A DNA stretch of 64,000 nucleotides from an uncultured bacterium. GTDB lineage: Bacteria; Verrucomicrobiota; Verrucomicrobiia; Limisphaerales; UBA8199. The notes beneath the pieces were generated by a model. The model was not told the DNA's origin. It saw nothing but the letters and a program-made list of their open reading frames with translations, and ran no database searches. This document shows positions 11,101-19,815 of the stretch, piece after piece. The stretch's first letter is position 1. Each line of letters begins with the position of its first letter. The DNA lies in the NCBI GenBank assembly GCA_963749495.1, contig CAVVMW010000022.1, positions 352,001 to 416,000 of the forward strand, in the 5' to 3' direction. Made by a program: the position numbers and the translations under genes.

Positions 11101-11603
11101 TACAGCTTGGCATGGAGCCGCTGCGTCGGGTGAGCGCGGATGGAGATTTTTTTCGAGGCAACGTCGTCCACGAATTGGAGGATGCCGTTTTCGGTTTCTT
11201 TGCTGTAGGCGGCGCCCTGGATGTCCTTGCGAAGGTCGTTCTGGAATTCCTCCAGGGCCTTGGTGGGGTCGGGCATGAAGAGCAGGCCGCGCCGGTGGTA
11301 ATCGGCCATGATGGCGTCAACGTTGATGCCGACCAAAATGCGGATGTGGGGCACGTTGCTGAGGAACGGCCGGATGGCGAAATAGCCGGAGGCGCGGAGG
11401 TATCCGACCAGGGCGTCGAACCATTCGATGTCGGCGTTGCTCTCAAAGACGCCACGGAATTTTCTGAGGAGGGTCTGGTCGCCTTGATTGGTGAAAAAGC
11501 GGGTGGAAATCGGCTCGGTGGCCGGCGGGTGGTCACGGGCGACCGGTGCGGGCGCCGTCGGCTGCGAGGCCGGAGACGTAAACGGTTTTGCGGTCGTCGC
11601 CAT
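8175..11603 (-). CDS. PLD (HKD) nuclease - SNF2-like helicase fusion
   Basis: N-terminal LHAKLY...GSSNLT, then Walker A ADVVGLGKT, DEAH, SATP, EGINL and QRVGRVNR. The stop overlaps the MTase start (ATGA). Confidence 0.9.
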   Translation of the reverse strand: MATTAKPFTSPASQPTAPAPVARDHPPATEPISTRFFTNQGDQTLLRKFRGVFESNADIEWFDALVGYLRASGYFAIRPFLSNVPHIRILVGINVDAIMADYHRRGLLFMPDPTKALEEFQNDLRKDIQGAAYSKETENGILQFVDDVASKKISIRAHPTQRLHAKLYIFRPKGFNEHKPGAVITGSSNLTAAGLGTTEEVRNYEFNVLLHDYTDVRFAADEFERLWDESTEILPKSLQQVCHSTYLAGNVTPHELFWKLLVEYFGPSIEYDPNAITDLPGQFKRLAYQMDAVSSGFRLLEKHNGFFLADVVGLGKTIVATLIAKKFFFYNGFPEHRSHTLIVVPPAVRDNWEWTVEQFRLDNVKIQTNGSLHKVRHPERFDLVIVDEAHKFRNDTAEAFDELQRICKTPTQRQLPGGGHAAKKVILVSATPLNNRPDDIRNQIALFQDLKDATLSIANLQHFFAQREKEYQQARKEPDIETARRLVKKTYELIRTKVISEVIVRRTRTDLLEHDQYKQDLDEQGVTFPHIEKPRAIYYPLSPALENLYDRTAALLSDPHGLTYNRYRAIGFLKPPKKRKYQNADRISQQLAFIMRTLLVKRLDSSFHAFRLSLGRFREATSVMADMFAKGTVYIAPSLNVTEFLVEGREEELIAEIAQRQATDPTIEVCTPNDFQDEFLPGLESDLAKLNALCDDWGAVQEDPKFAEFLPRLKGELFDRKINHEGNKLIIFSEAKDTTDYLRGRLAEAGYTKVLIVDSTNRQERMPLVQANFDGNSAEHANDYDILLSTEVLAEGINLHRANIIVNYDTPWNSTRLMQRVGRVNRIGCVAPRIYIYNFYPTARVDNDIELKKKAIMKLQAFHTALGEDSQIYSETEEVDTFGLFERSPEEEERDERLALLMELRKFRQQHPEQFRRIHNLPLRARVGRSDATRAGSTVTFIRSHRRDGFYRATPVPLAHPMGEGLGVRAHSALEEITVLEAAREFRAPDPKEKAIPLHAAHHDHVNAALSRFKEQSTAQALQAEVADAAQGPNERRALSYLDGFLSLPFVSEEEKRLIKAARQAIRRARFLKLQRQINQLQRSTKEVKIAPAALADKLIQILRGYPLLDQANQPATAVHPRFLDTPPDIILSESFDQPPRK
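8696..8738. repeat. REP-like hairpin (CCCTCACCCC..CCCTCTCCC..GGGAGAGG family) inserted in frame in the helicase
   Basis: Matches intergenic copies at 21980-22020, 32652-32797 and 44189-44229; it encodes VPLAHPMGEGLGVRA. Confidence 0.85.
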
Positions 11604-11689
11604 TGCTTTCAAATGGCGCAAGGATGCTCCGAAAGGGGCGGGGCTGCACTAAAAAAGATGGGTTCATGGTACATCGGGCTGGTGTGCGC

Positions 11690-12667
11690 TCAGATTGTTG
11701 CCGTTGTCACCCGGTACTCGCAAACGGCCCGGAAAAACTCCGGAATCGTCCAGACGTGATCGGTAAGGCCGGCGCCGACTGCCGGCGTAGTGCCGAGCCT
11801 GCTGTGTCGCTTGACGAAGTTGTGGGCCGCGACGAACAGAGCGATGGAATGCCGATGGTTGGCCAGCTTGCGGGACCACCCCAGGCACAGGCGCGTAAAA
11901 CGGCGGTTGAACGTCCTGACTGACAGGTTGGCGCGCTCAACGTGGCTTGTGCATATTCTGTCCCGGCGCGGGTTGCAGGCCTTGGGGTGGATCGTAACCC
12001 CAACAAACGGGGCAGGCGAATAGCGGCGGCGGGCTTCCACTTGTGCCGGCGGGGCGCCATAGATCTTTTGCATGACGGCGTAATCAACCCGCTCAAGCAG
12101 ATAATGGCGGATGGTGTCGGGGTACGCGCTGAATCCATCGCTGGTGATTTGGACCCTCCCCACGATCCGGCTGGCCAGGTCCCCGACAAACGTGTCGGTG
12201 TTCTCGTAATCGCGCTTCCCGGTGTGGTGGGCGACCATCAGCTTCGTGCGGGCGTCCAGGGCCAGGAACGTGTAAAAATCACCCCGCTCTTGATCCTCTG
12301 GCGTTGTGCGGCTCTGGCGCACCCCCACCTTGGACCACAGTTCGTCAATCTGGATCGGCCCGACGGTCAACCCGCGTAGCCGGTGATCCAGGAAGGCGGC
12401 GCACTTCTCCCCGAACGTTTCCAGCACGCCAAGAACGGGGTGCGGGTGGCACCGGGTCAGCCGCGCAGCCGCTCGGATTCCGACGCCCTCCGTCAACAGT
12501 GAATGATCTGGATCGCTTGGCTGTCAGGGATTCTCAAATCCTCCAGTGGTTGAGGTTGTGAAAAAGTCCTGCCGCACTGCGTACAGCGGAAACGCTGGAC
12601 GATGCGGTTCTTGTTCTGAAAGTGGCCGAAACGCTTCGCTTCACCCCGAACACCAGTAGCAATTCAA
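11690..12667 (-). mobile_element. IS1-family DDE transposase (Zn-ribbon/HTH/DDE) with two 5' frameshifts
   Basis: IQIDELWS, QITSDG and TSHVERANLSVR..RRFTR motifs. Upstream frames give MNCYWC..GEAKRFG..QRFRCTQCGRTFS. Element ends are uncertain (weak IR candidates at 11713-11724 and 14639-14650). Confidence 0.85.
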
Positions 12668-12668
12668 C

Positions 12669-12697
12669 TTGCCTTTCCGGGCAGGAAAAGCTAACGT
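12669..12697 (+). promoter_or_regulatory. Sigma70-like promoter divergent from the IS1-like transposase
   Basis: TTGCCT-N17-TAACGT. Confidence 0.45.
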
Positions 12698-12700
12698 GAG

Positions 12701-12790
12701 GCCGCATGTAACCGATGTGCAGCTTACGCAGCTAATCCTGCGCTAGTTGCGCTCCGTTGAGCGCTGACACGCTCGCGGAGCTTAATTTAA
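12701..12790 (+). ncRNA. Candidate structured non-coding RNA (three hairpins)
   Basis: Stems CGCAT/ATGTG, CGCAG/CTGCG and GCTCCG..GAGCG/CGCTC..CGGAGC, followed by an AT-rich tail; no meaningful ORF. Confidence 0.35.
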
Positions 12791-13065
12791 GTTTAGCTTG
12801 TTCTTTGGATTAGTAGGGCGGGGTGTCTCGCGCTAATGAAACGCATTGACCGTTTTTTATCGGCCTGGGCAGGCTCCCCGCCCGAAAGTCTGTTAATTTG
12901 GGTGAGTCCGGGTAGGGAAGGGCGATGTCCGCTGATGACGCGAACAAAGACCCAGCCCCCGCCCACCCGGACAGGTACGCCGCCAACAGGCCGCGAATGC
13001 AGCGTGGGTGCGCTGGTGGACCACTCTTGGCTTGTTGGCGAAATTCTCACGATCCCGGTAAACTC

Positions 13066-13788
13066 TCACACTTTTCCGTAAACGGCGCCCTTTGCCCCTT
13101 GGCGCTCGGAAACCATTCTCAGCGAACCCTTCTTATTCTTGAGCCAATACAGCACGGTTGGGATTGCTCCTGAAGGCAACGTCTTTGATGGGAAACGCTG
13201 CCTCACAAGCTCCTCAACGTCTGAGGCTTGAAAGTTTCCATCAATTGAGTTGATGATGTCCCTGATCTCTCCGTGGGTCACGTTGTTCTTTTTCTCCGGA
13301 CTCGGTGGCGATGCTGGGCGCTCTTGCACGTCCCCCGCCTGCGGTTCATCCGGCTTAGGCGGCTTGGCGTTCGGATACCAGGCCAAGAGTCCAAAATCCC
13401 CATTTGGCAAGCGATGGAAGATACTGCTGCTTTTCCGAAGATTATTGCGGACGGTCGTCTTAGCGTTTTCCTCATTCTCTGTTTCAAACCTGTAGCCGCC
13501 GCTTTTAATGGCTTCGTAAATCTGAGAGACCGTTGCGGGGCCTTGGTTCGCGGCCTTCCTCATCTCCAGATAATTCCTAATGGCGGTGGTGATGGCGAGG
13601 CCGTAGAATTTATCCCCGCGAATTGTCAGGCTTTCGTTTCCAGAAAGGGCTATGTTGGCGTATCGCAGGGGCAGGCCGCCCTCTGTGCAAAGCTCATTGA
13701 TCAGCTTTTTAAGCTTTGCGGCCTCGTCCTCCTTCGCCCGGACCCTCTCGGCCAAGACTTCGATTGTGTTTGAGATGGGCTCGTTCAT
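13066..13788 (-). CDS. Hypothetical protein, coiled coil plus probable winged-HTH domain(s)
   Basis: 240-aa ATG ORF of lower GC; PATVSQIYEAIKSGG...FHRLPNGDFGLLAWY looks like a winged helix. Confidence 0.7.
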   Translation of the reverse strand: MNEPISNTIEVLAERVRAKEDEAAKLKKLINELCTEGGLPLRYANIALSGNESLTIRGDKFYGLAITTAIRNYLEMRKAANQGPATVSQIYEAIKSGGYRFETENEENAKTTVRNNLRKSSSIFHRLPNGDFGLLAWYPNAKPPKPDEPQAGDVQERPASPPSPEKKNNVTHGEIRDIINSIDGNFQASDVEELVRQRFPSKTLPSGAIPTVLYWLKNKKGSLRMVSERQGAKGAVYGKV

Positions 13789-14073
13789 ATTCTGATTCCG
13801 TTAGTTACGCGACCAATGAACCATGATAGTTTACGCCAGTCAAACACTTTTCATGACATTGGGCGATTTATTTTGTGAAGGCACATTAGATAGTTGGCAC
13901 GGAGTCTGCTGCACAGAATGAGCACCCAGAACGCCAGCACAGTGGGCACTCGCACTTTTCATTTGCACCGGCCCGGCGGGGTGCGATAGTAAATAAGAAG
14001 CCCCCGTTGGCAGACTCGGAAGTCCGCCCGCAGGTGGATGCCTGCCGGGGGCCGTTACACAAGTCGGTTCGTT

Positions 14074-14433
14074 ATGAGTGATACAAACACAACCTGCAAA
14101 TGGACGGGTGCCAGTGGCACCCAATACACGTACTACATCTATACCCTGCCGCAGAGTTTTAGCAAGTGCGACGGCAACTATATCTACGCCAAGCATCCCC
14201 CTGGGCCTCCCACTTCAGGTTGGCTTGCGGTTTACATCGGCGAGGGAGATCTTGAGGATCGCTGTAGTGAGAAGCATCACCGCGCAGACTGCATTTCTGA
14301 AAAGGGCGCAACACACGTTCACGCTCACAAAAATGCCTCCGAGAAGGACCGGAAAGCCGAAGAATCGGATCTGCTCGCCGGCAACCCGGAGGCTTATGAG
14401 CCCACAGGCTGTAATGTGAAAGAGGGCGGTTAA
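14074..14433 (+). CDS. Small GIY-YIG-like nuclease-fold protein
   Basis: GNYIYA...VYIGE..L.DR...EESDL...N follows the GIY-YIG motif order. Confidence 0.6.
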   Translation: MSDTNTTCKWTGASGTQYTYYIYTLPQSFSKCDGNYIYAKHPPGPPTSGWLAVYIGEGDLEDRCSEKHHRADCISEKGATHVHAHKNASEKDRKAEESDLLAGNPEAYEPTGCNVKEGG

Positions 14434-14829
14434 GCCTTGGCCCCCTCCCCTACGCTTGTCGGTTTATCGGGCACGCCGGGCAAATTCTGCCAAGCGACCC
14501 AGTGATACAGCCCCAAGGCCACGCTGGCCACTTCGGCCTCAGTTCACGGGCGGGGGCTGATTGCTGCTGCGATTTCACAGCATCGCATACGGATGTCGCA
14601 CAAGCGGGCCAATGCCGCACTTGCGGGTTTACTGTCACTTTGCATTACTGCGGTTTCCGTGCTGATTGGGCCACCCGTCATTGGGCGGCCTACGCCTTAA
14701 AAGGCGCGCACTATGCGATCCGACCGCACACACGCAGCCATCCCGACCAGAAAAACCGCATCACGGGACGCGGCTTAACCCTGCCGGCAACAATCCAACC
14801 TCACACCACCGTACTCGGAAGTAAAATCC

Positions 14830-15030
14830 TGACCGTGGGCCGAGGTCCACGGCTACCTTCACCGCGTCGCTCCGCGACGGGCGCGCTGCGTTCGGCTCAC
14901 CGCGTAGCGGTGCCTGAAGGTAGCCGTGGACTTCCAGTCCACGGACCCCTGGAGCAAGATCACCCGCGTCGCGTAGCGACGCCTGGAAACCGCGAAGCCG
15001 TCAAGCGTTGCTACGCGACGCGTGACGCGG
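14830..15030. repeat. BIME-like REP cluster (GTAG-CCGTGGAC..GTCCACGG and CGTCGCGTAGCGACG)
   Basis: GTAG-tagged palindromes. The same family occurs at 24615-24850, 40115-40310, 45580-45860 and 56745-57032. Confidence 0.9.
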
Positions 15031-15049
15031 CACAGGCTCGACGTTCCTC

Positions 15050-16363
15050 CTACTCCGGCAGCGGCTTGCCCTTGGTCTCGGGTGCAAAGACCAGGATCAC
15101 CAACCCCACGAGGTAGATCAGCGCGATGGCGCTGGCGGCCCGGCCGAAGCTCCCCAGCCTGGTCACGAGGAATCCGGTGAGAAACGGACCGGTCGAGGCC
15201 AGCACGCGTCCGGCGTTGAAGCAGAAGCCGGCGCCGGTGGCGCGGATGCTGGTCGGGTAGAGTTCGGGCAGGTAGATGGGGAAACCGCTGAAGATGCCAT
15301 TATTGAAGAAACCGAGCAGCGGAAGGAGCAACAGCACCTGGCCGTACGAGTGCGGAGCCAGAAACGTCAGCGGCAGCATCACCAGGCTGCCGGCGCACAT
15401 CAGCGCGAAGACCGCGCGCCGCCCGAACCGGTCGGCCAGCGGACCAAAACTCAAATAACCGCCCAGGGCGCCGACATTGAGCAGCATCGCCGCCCAACTC
15501 ACCCGCAGGGCCAGGTCGGCGGCGTTCAACCCTCTGAGGTCGGCGAGCGAACGGATCAACTCAGGCGTCCAGTTGGTGGCGCCCCAAAGGCCGAACACGG
15601 CCACCAAGGCGAGCCCGGAGCCGGCCAAAGTCGCGCGCAGCCGGCCCGGCTTGAAGAGTTCCGGCAGCCTGGACCGTTGCCTCACGCCCGCTCCACATTC
15701 CAATTCCCGCGCGCGGGCCCGCACCCACCGGTCCGGCTCTTTGACACAACGCCGCACCAGCAGGGCAAGGATGGCCGGGGCGATGCCGGCCAGGAAGAGC
15801 AGCCGCCAACTCTGATGGCGCAGGAGCAGGTTGAGCAGCGCCGCCATCAGAAAGCCCGCCGCCCAGGCGCTTTGCAGCGCCCCCGCCGCCTTGGCTCGCT
15901 TCTGCTCGGGCCAGACCTCCGCGACCAGCGCCGCCCCCGCCGCCCATTCGCCCCCGATCCCCAGCGCGGTCAGGAACCGGTACAGGGCCAGTTGCCACCA
16001 GGTTGCCGAGAGCGCCGCCAGCCCGGTAAACACCGCATAAAGGAGGATCGTCACGATCAGCGTCCGCGTCCGGCCAAAACGGTCGGCCACGATGCCGAAC
16101 AATATGCCCCCGACGGCCCAGCCGATGAGAAAGATGGAGAAGATGATGCCGCCATACTTGAGAATGATCTCAGTGGGCACGGCGCCTCCTGCCGGCCCGG
16201 CCAGGAGATCCCGCAGCGCCGGGTGCAAGACCAGCGCGTAGATCGTGGCGTCCATCGAGTCGAATACCCAGCCCAACCAGGCCACCAGCAGAACCAGCCA
16301 CTGGTAGCGCGTGGCGCCCTGATACCAGGAAACGGAGGCCGGTTGCTCGATTGCAGTCTGCAT
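15050..16363 (-). CDS. MFS transporter (sialate/aromatic acid:H+ symporter-like), copy 1
   Basis: 437 aa from MQTAIEQ, with WVFDSMD, ADRFGRTR, GIGGEW and PELYPTSIRATG motifs. Confidence 0.9.
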   Translation of the reverse strand: MQTAIEQPASVSWYQGATRYQWLVLLVAWLGWVFDSMDATIYALVLHPALRDLLAGPAGGAVPTEIILKYGGIIFSIFLIGWAVGGILFGIVADRFGRTRTLIVTILLYAVFTGLAALSATWWQLALYRFLTALGIGGEWAAGAALVAEVWPEQKRAKAAGALQSAWAAGFLMAALLNLLLRHQSWRLLFLAGIAPAILALLVRRCVKEPDRWVRARARELECGAGVRQRSRLPELFKPGRLRATLAGSGLALVAVFGLWGATNWTPELIRSLADLRGLNAADLALRVSWAAMLLNVGALGGYLSFGPLADRFGRRAVFALMCAGSLVMLPLTFLAPHSYGQVLLLLPLLGFFNNGIFSGFPIYLPELYPTSIRATGAGFCFNAGRVLASTGPFLTGFLVTRLGSFGRAASAIALIYLVGLVILVFAPETKGKPLPE

Positions 16364-16520
16364 ATTCCGTAAGCTGCTTGCACGGGCCAGGCCTCCCGCC
16401 TGCCCCGGCCCGCTGAATCTGGCCCCGAGCATACCCCGGCGCCCTCCACCTGGAAAGCCCTGCCTTGGCGGACATGCGCCTCTGGCCCAGTCGGTTGGGC
16501 AGTTCCTGACACCGCCGCCC

Positions 16521-16663
16521 GGAGTGCGCCCGTCCCCGGGCGCAGCAGCGACGGAGTGAGCAGGCGCACCGGAGTACTTGACCGCTGCCCTGGCTGCGGA
16601 CGCCGCTGCGCCCGGGGACGGGCGCACTCCCATCTCGCTGCGCCCGAGGACGGACGCACTCCC
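16521..16663. repeat. REP doublet GGAGTGCGCCCGTCCCCGGGCGCAGC (also 26343-26485)
   Basis: Inverted pair plus a third degenerate copy. Confidence 0.85.
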
Positions 16664-16719
16664 ACCTCGTCGCAGCCGGGGGTGCGGTCGTCGGGATGCG
16701 CGCCTCACGCCGGGGGCGA

Positions 16720-16878
16720 TTATGTGCTGAAGCGAGCGGTGCAAAGGCCCAGCAGGCATTTCATGCCGAGGACCTGATTGGGTTGCGGCGTCTCGGCCCG
16801 TAGATGAAAATGGTTGGACATGAGGCAAAATGCCTCGACCTGCGACCCGGTTTTTTCGCAGGTTTGACCCAGGGCTTC
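16720..16878 (-). pseudogene. Remnant of a RAYT-like Y1 (HUH) tyrosine transposase
   Basis: My translation is EALGQTCEKTGSQVEAFCLMSNHFHLRAETPQPNQVLGMKCLLG, which contains the CLMxNHxH HUH motif. Further copies lie at 26542-26700 and 26864-26984. Confidence 0.85.
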
Positions 16879-17040
16879 CGTTGTGTCAATAGTTTCACTG
16901 ACTCCGATTTAACCCAAGGGCTATTGCGCAAGGTCAATCAAGAAAGCGCTGCCCGGCACCGGTCCCTTGGAAGTCCCTGCGAAATAGTTGGTGACCCGGA
17001 CTCAGATTGTAAAAAACGTATAGATGTGACCCCGATTTGC
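16879..17040 (-). mobile_element. GGGGTC-type terminal unit (outer AAATCGGGGTCAC end, inner AAATCGGAGTCAG end, TTGACA box)
   Basis: The unit recurs at 26701-26860, 26985-27144 and 27146-27293, directly upstream of the Y1 remnant. Confidence 0.75.
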
Positions 17041-17207
17041 TCACGTCATAGTTGTAGGAGTCCGCCAACTCCACCGGGGCCTCGAAGCCGCCATTGGACA
17101 CGGGAGAAGCGGCCTCGCCCAGAGGCATGAGGCGGGCAAGCGGGTTCCAGCCGCCTGCCTGTCGGGCAGACAGGTCGTACAGGAACAGGCGGGCGGTCTG
17201 GGCGACG

Positions 17208-18301
17208 TACTCATCAGTAAATAGCATAAGACACACTCGGAGCCTTAAAAAAAGACCGGACCAGGCCCCGATCTCGCTTGATCCCAGCTAGATCCTGCTC
17301 AATCCGTTGTCGCAGCGCCTCATTCTTGCGCAAAGGCTTCTTGCTGGTGCCATTCTGCTTCAAGTGGCTCCAGGCGAATTCATCAGGATTCAAATCCGGA
17401 GCATAGGGCGGCAGAAAGTGAAGTTCTAACCAGCCTTTGGTTGATTGCACATACTCGGCCACCGACTTAGCCTTATGCGCGGGCAGTCCGTCGATGACCA
17501 ACATTACCGGTTTCCTGCGCCCTCTCACAAGGTCTTTGAGCATTAGCACGAACCGCGCCGCATTGAGCGTGCCGCTATAAACGTTGTACCAAAAGGCTCC
17601 CTTGGCGTTCACCGCACTGATCGCGTTAATGTGCTGACGCTGCCCAGAGGTTTTCACCACCGGTGTTTTGCCTTTCAGTCCGTAACTCCGTCCCAGCGGA
17701 CTATCGGATCGCACGCCCACTTCATCGAGAAAGAAGATGTCCGCACCCCTCTGTTTAGCCCGCTTCCTCAACTCCGGATACTTCTCCTCCTTCCACTGGC
17801 GGATCTCTGCCTCATTTCGCTCGTAAGCTCGGCGCAGTGGCTTCTGGGGCGTTATGTCCAGCGAAGTTAGCAGACGACCTATCGAGGGAAGTGTCAGCGA
17901 GACTTCAAACCTATCCTGGATCATCGTGGCGACGATGCTTCGGGTCCATAACCCGAAATCAAATCCGTATTGGCGTGGGTCCTTGCCGACGATCCAACGC
18001 CTAACCTGCCGCTTTTGGCCTTCCGTTAGCTTGGGCGTCGGCCCTTTAGCCGTCGTGCTCCGCAAAGCTTCGCGTCCGCGCTTCCTACGTGCGCGCAGCC
18101 ACTTATAGATGGAGGTCCGATAGATTCCGAACGACTTCGCCACAACACTGGGCCTCTCGCCAGCCAAGACGCGGTCCGTAGCGAGCATCCGCATGTGCTC
18201 CAAGACCTTGTGGTCCAACGAGCGATTATCGATCTTTGCCATGCCGGAGTGAACATAGCACGGTCCCATCGGGTGTGTCAAATCCTATTTACTGGTGAGT
18301 A
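17208..18301 (-). mobile_element. IS630-family insertion sequence
   Basis: 29-bp imperfect TIRs (TACTCATCAGTAAATAGCATAAGACACAC / TACTCACCAGTAAATAGGATTTGACACAC) with a duplicated TA target. Confidence 0.95.
17214..18242 (-). CDS. IS630-family transposase
   Basis: HTH, FFLDEVG, LVIDGLPAH and LPPYAPDLNPDE motifs; intact, 342 aa. Confidence 0.95.
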   Translation of the reverse strand: MAKIDNRSLDHKVLEHMRMLATDRVLAGERPSVVAKSFGIYRTSIYKWLRARRKRGREALRSTTAKGPTPKLTEGQKRQVRRWIVGKDPRQYGFDFGLWTRSIVATMIQDRFEVSLTLPSIGRLLTSLDITPQKPLRRAYERNEAEIRQWKEEKYPELRKRAKQRGADIFFLDEVGVRSDSPLGRSYGLKGKTPVVKTSGQRQHINAISAVNAKGAFWYNVYSGTLNAARFVLMLKDLVRGRRKPVMLVIDGLPAHKAKSVAEYVQSTKGWLELHFLPPYAPDLNPDEFAWSHLKQNGTSKKPLRKNEALRQRIEQDLAGIKRDRGLVRSFFKAPSVSYAIY

Positions 18302-19815
18302 TTGTGAGCCGTTCCAGGTCGAGACGATTTTTTGGATTCGCCGGCCTTCGTAATCGTAGGTGAAATCCAGCTTGAGCTGTGAGCCGGTGGGCGCGCCGCT
18401 CAGGCTCGTCATGTCGGTGAGCCGGTTCTCCGCGTCCCAGGTGTATGTCCAGCGACCGTCGGTCCCGAGGTTGCCGTCGCCGTCGTACCCGAACTGCTCC
18501 GGCGTCTGCGGCACGTAGAGGCTGCCTGTGGCGGTGGCCACAACGTCGGTGCCGCCGGCACCGCCAGGGAGCAGGGCCATATTGGTCAGGGCCAGCCAAA
18601 CCGGACCGTTGGTGTTGGGCACAGGGAGCTCCGCGCGGAAATAGGTGCCCTTGCGAATGGCCTGGGCGTAGGAGCCGTTGGTGCTCCAGAGCGCCACGTT
18701 CGCGCTGGCGCTGGCGGTGCCGAGGGTCTGCACGTAGCCCGGCACGTCACGGCTCACGTACCGGTTGAGCCCGCCATTATCGAGCGTATAATTGGCATGG
18801 CGGACGTTGTTCCAGCCAGCGTCACCCCCGCGCTCCGTGAAGAAGCGGTTGCCGATCGTGTCGAATTCATACCTGAACCACTGGCCGGCGACCGCCGTGC
18901 CGTCGTTCCAGTACCCTCAGGCCGTAGGTGAGGCTGGCCGAGGTTATTGTAGCTGTAGAGCCAGCACGAGTTGTCGGTATTGGTCACGCTCCAGCGCTGG
19001 TTCGCGGAATTGTACCCGTAAGCGTGCGAGTCCACAGTCCCCTGTCCACTGTCCGCCCTCCAGATTTGGGTCAGCCGGTTCAGGGAGTCGGTACTGTTTT
19101 GTCGTCGTCATCCGGGTGGTCCCGTTGTTCGCAAAGGCAATTTGGCTGACCAGCGGCGAGTTGGCAAGGTACGAATAGGTGGCGGTGTTGTTGTTGCCGT
19201 CGTTGACCGTCAGGAGCCGGGAGGCGGCGTCAAAGCCGAAGGATTGTTGGATTAATGGGTTGCCGGATTGCTGGAGGGTCAGGCTGGTCCGCCGAAGGAG
19301 TTGGTCATAGCCGGAGGCGAGTGCCAGGCCGGCAAGAAGGCCGGCGCTGTTGGTCTCGGCCAGGAGTTGGCCCGCGTCGTTGTACGAAAGGAGGGTGACG
19401 GCCATGCCGTTGGTGACCCCGATCTGGCGGCCGAGGCGATCGTAAGAGTAGCCGAGGGCAGGAGTGGAGTCGTTATAGGAAACGGCGCTGAGGGCGCCGG
19501 CATTGTCGTAAGCGTATGTAGTGGTGACAAGACGAGACCAGGTGCGGGTCTGAAGGCGGCCGGCGGTCCAAGGGGTCATAGGCGCATGCGCCGCTGACGC
19601 TTTGCCGTCGGCGCAAAGGGCCGCCGGAGGAACCAAGAAGTGGTAACATGGGAAAATGAGGGACTTCACGCTCAAGAGTTGTCAATATTACCTTCCGACC
19701 CCTTTTCGACTTGTGGCTCCCTTAACTGGGGGCTATGGGGGCAGGTGTGGAGGGCGGGCACCTTGGATGGACTGCCCGAAGTTTAGCTGGGAGCAGCGAT
19801 CCTCAAACGCCACCC

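Larger units (their letters stand above)
17041..19600 (-). pseudogene. RHS/YD-repeat gene fragment 1, frameshifted and interrupted by IS630
   Basis: YD repeats (YAYDNAGAL, YSYDRLGRQ, FGYDGDGNL, YTWDAENRL, YDYEGRRIQK) across several frames. The reading STWNGSQY|VAQTARLFLYD is continuous across the IS. Confidence 0.88.

Noticed and set aside
12490..12660. Programmed -1 frameshift as in classical IS1
   Set aside because: There is no A6C slippery site at the breaks and there are two opposing shifts; error or decay is more likely.
16364..16828. 155-aa N-terminal extension of the MFS ORFs
   Set aside because: It reads through REP repeats and the Y1 remnant region; the MFS-like sequence starts at MQTAIEQ.
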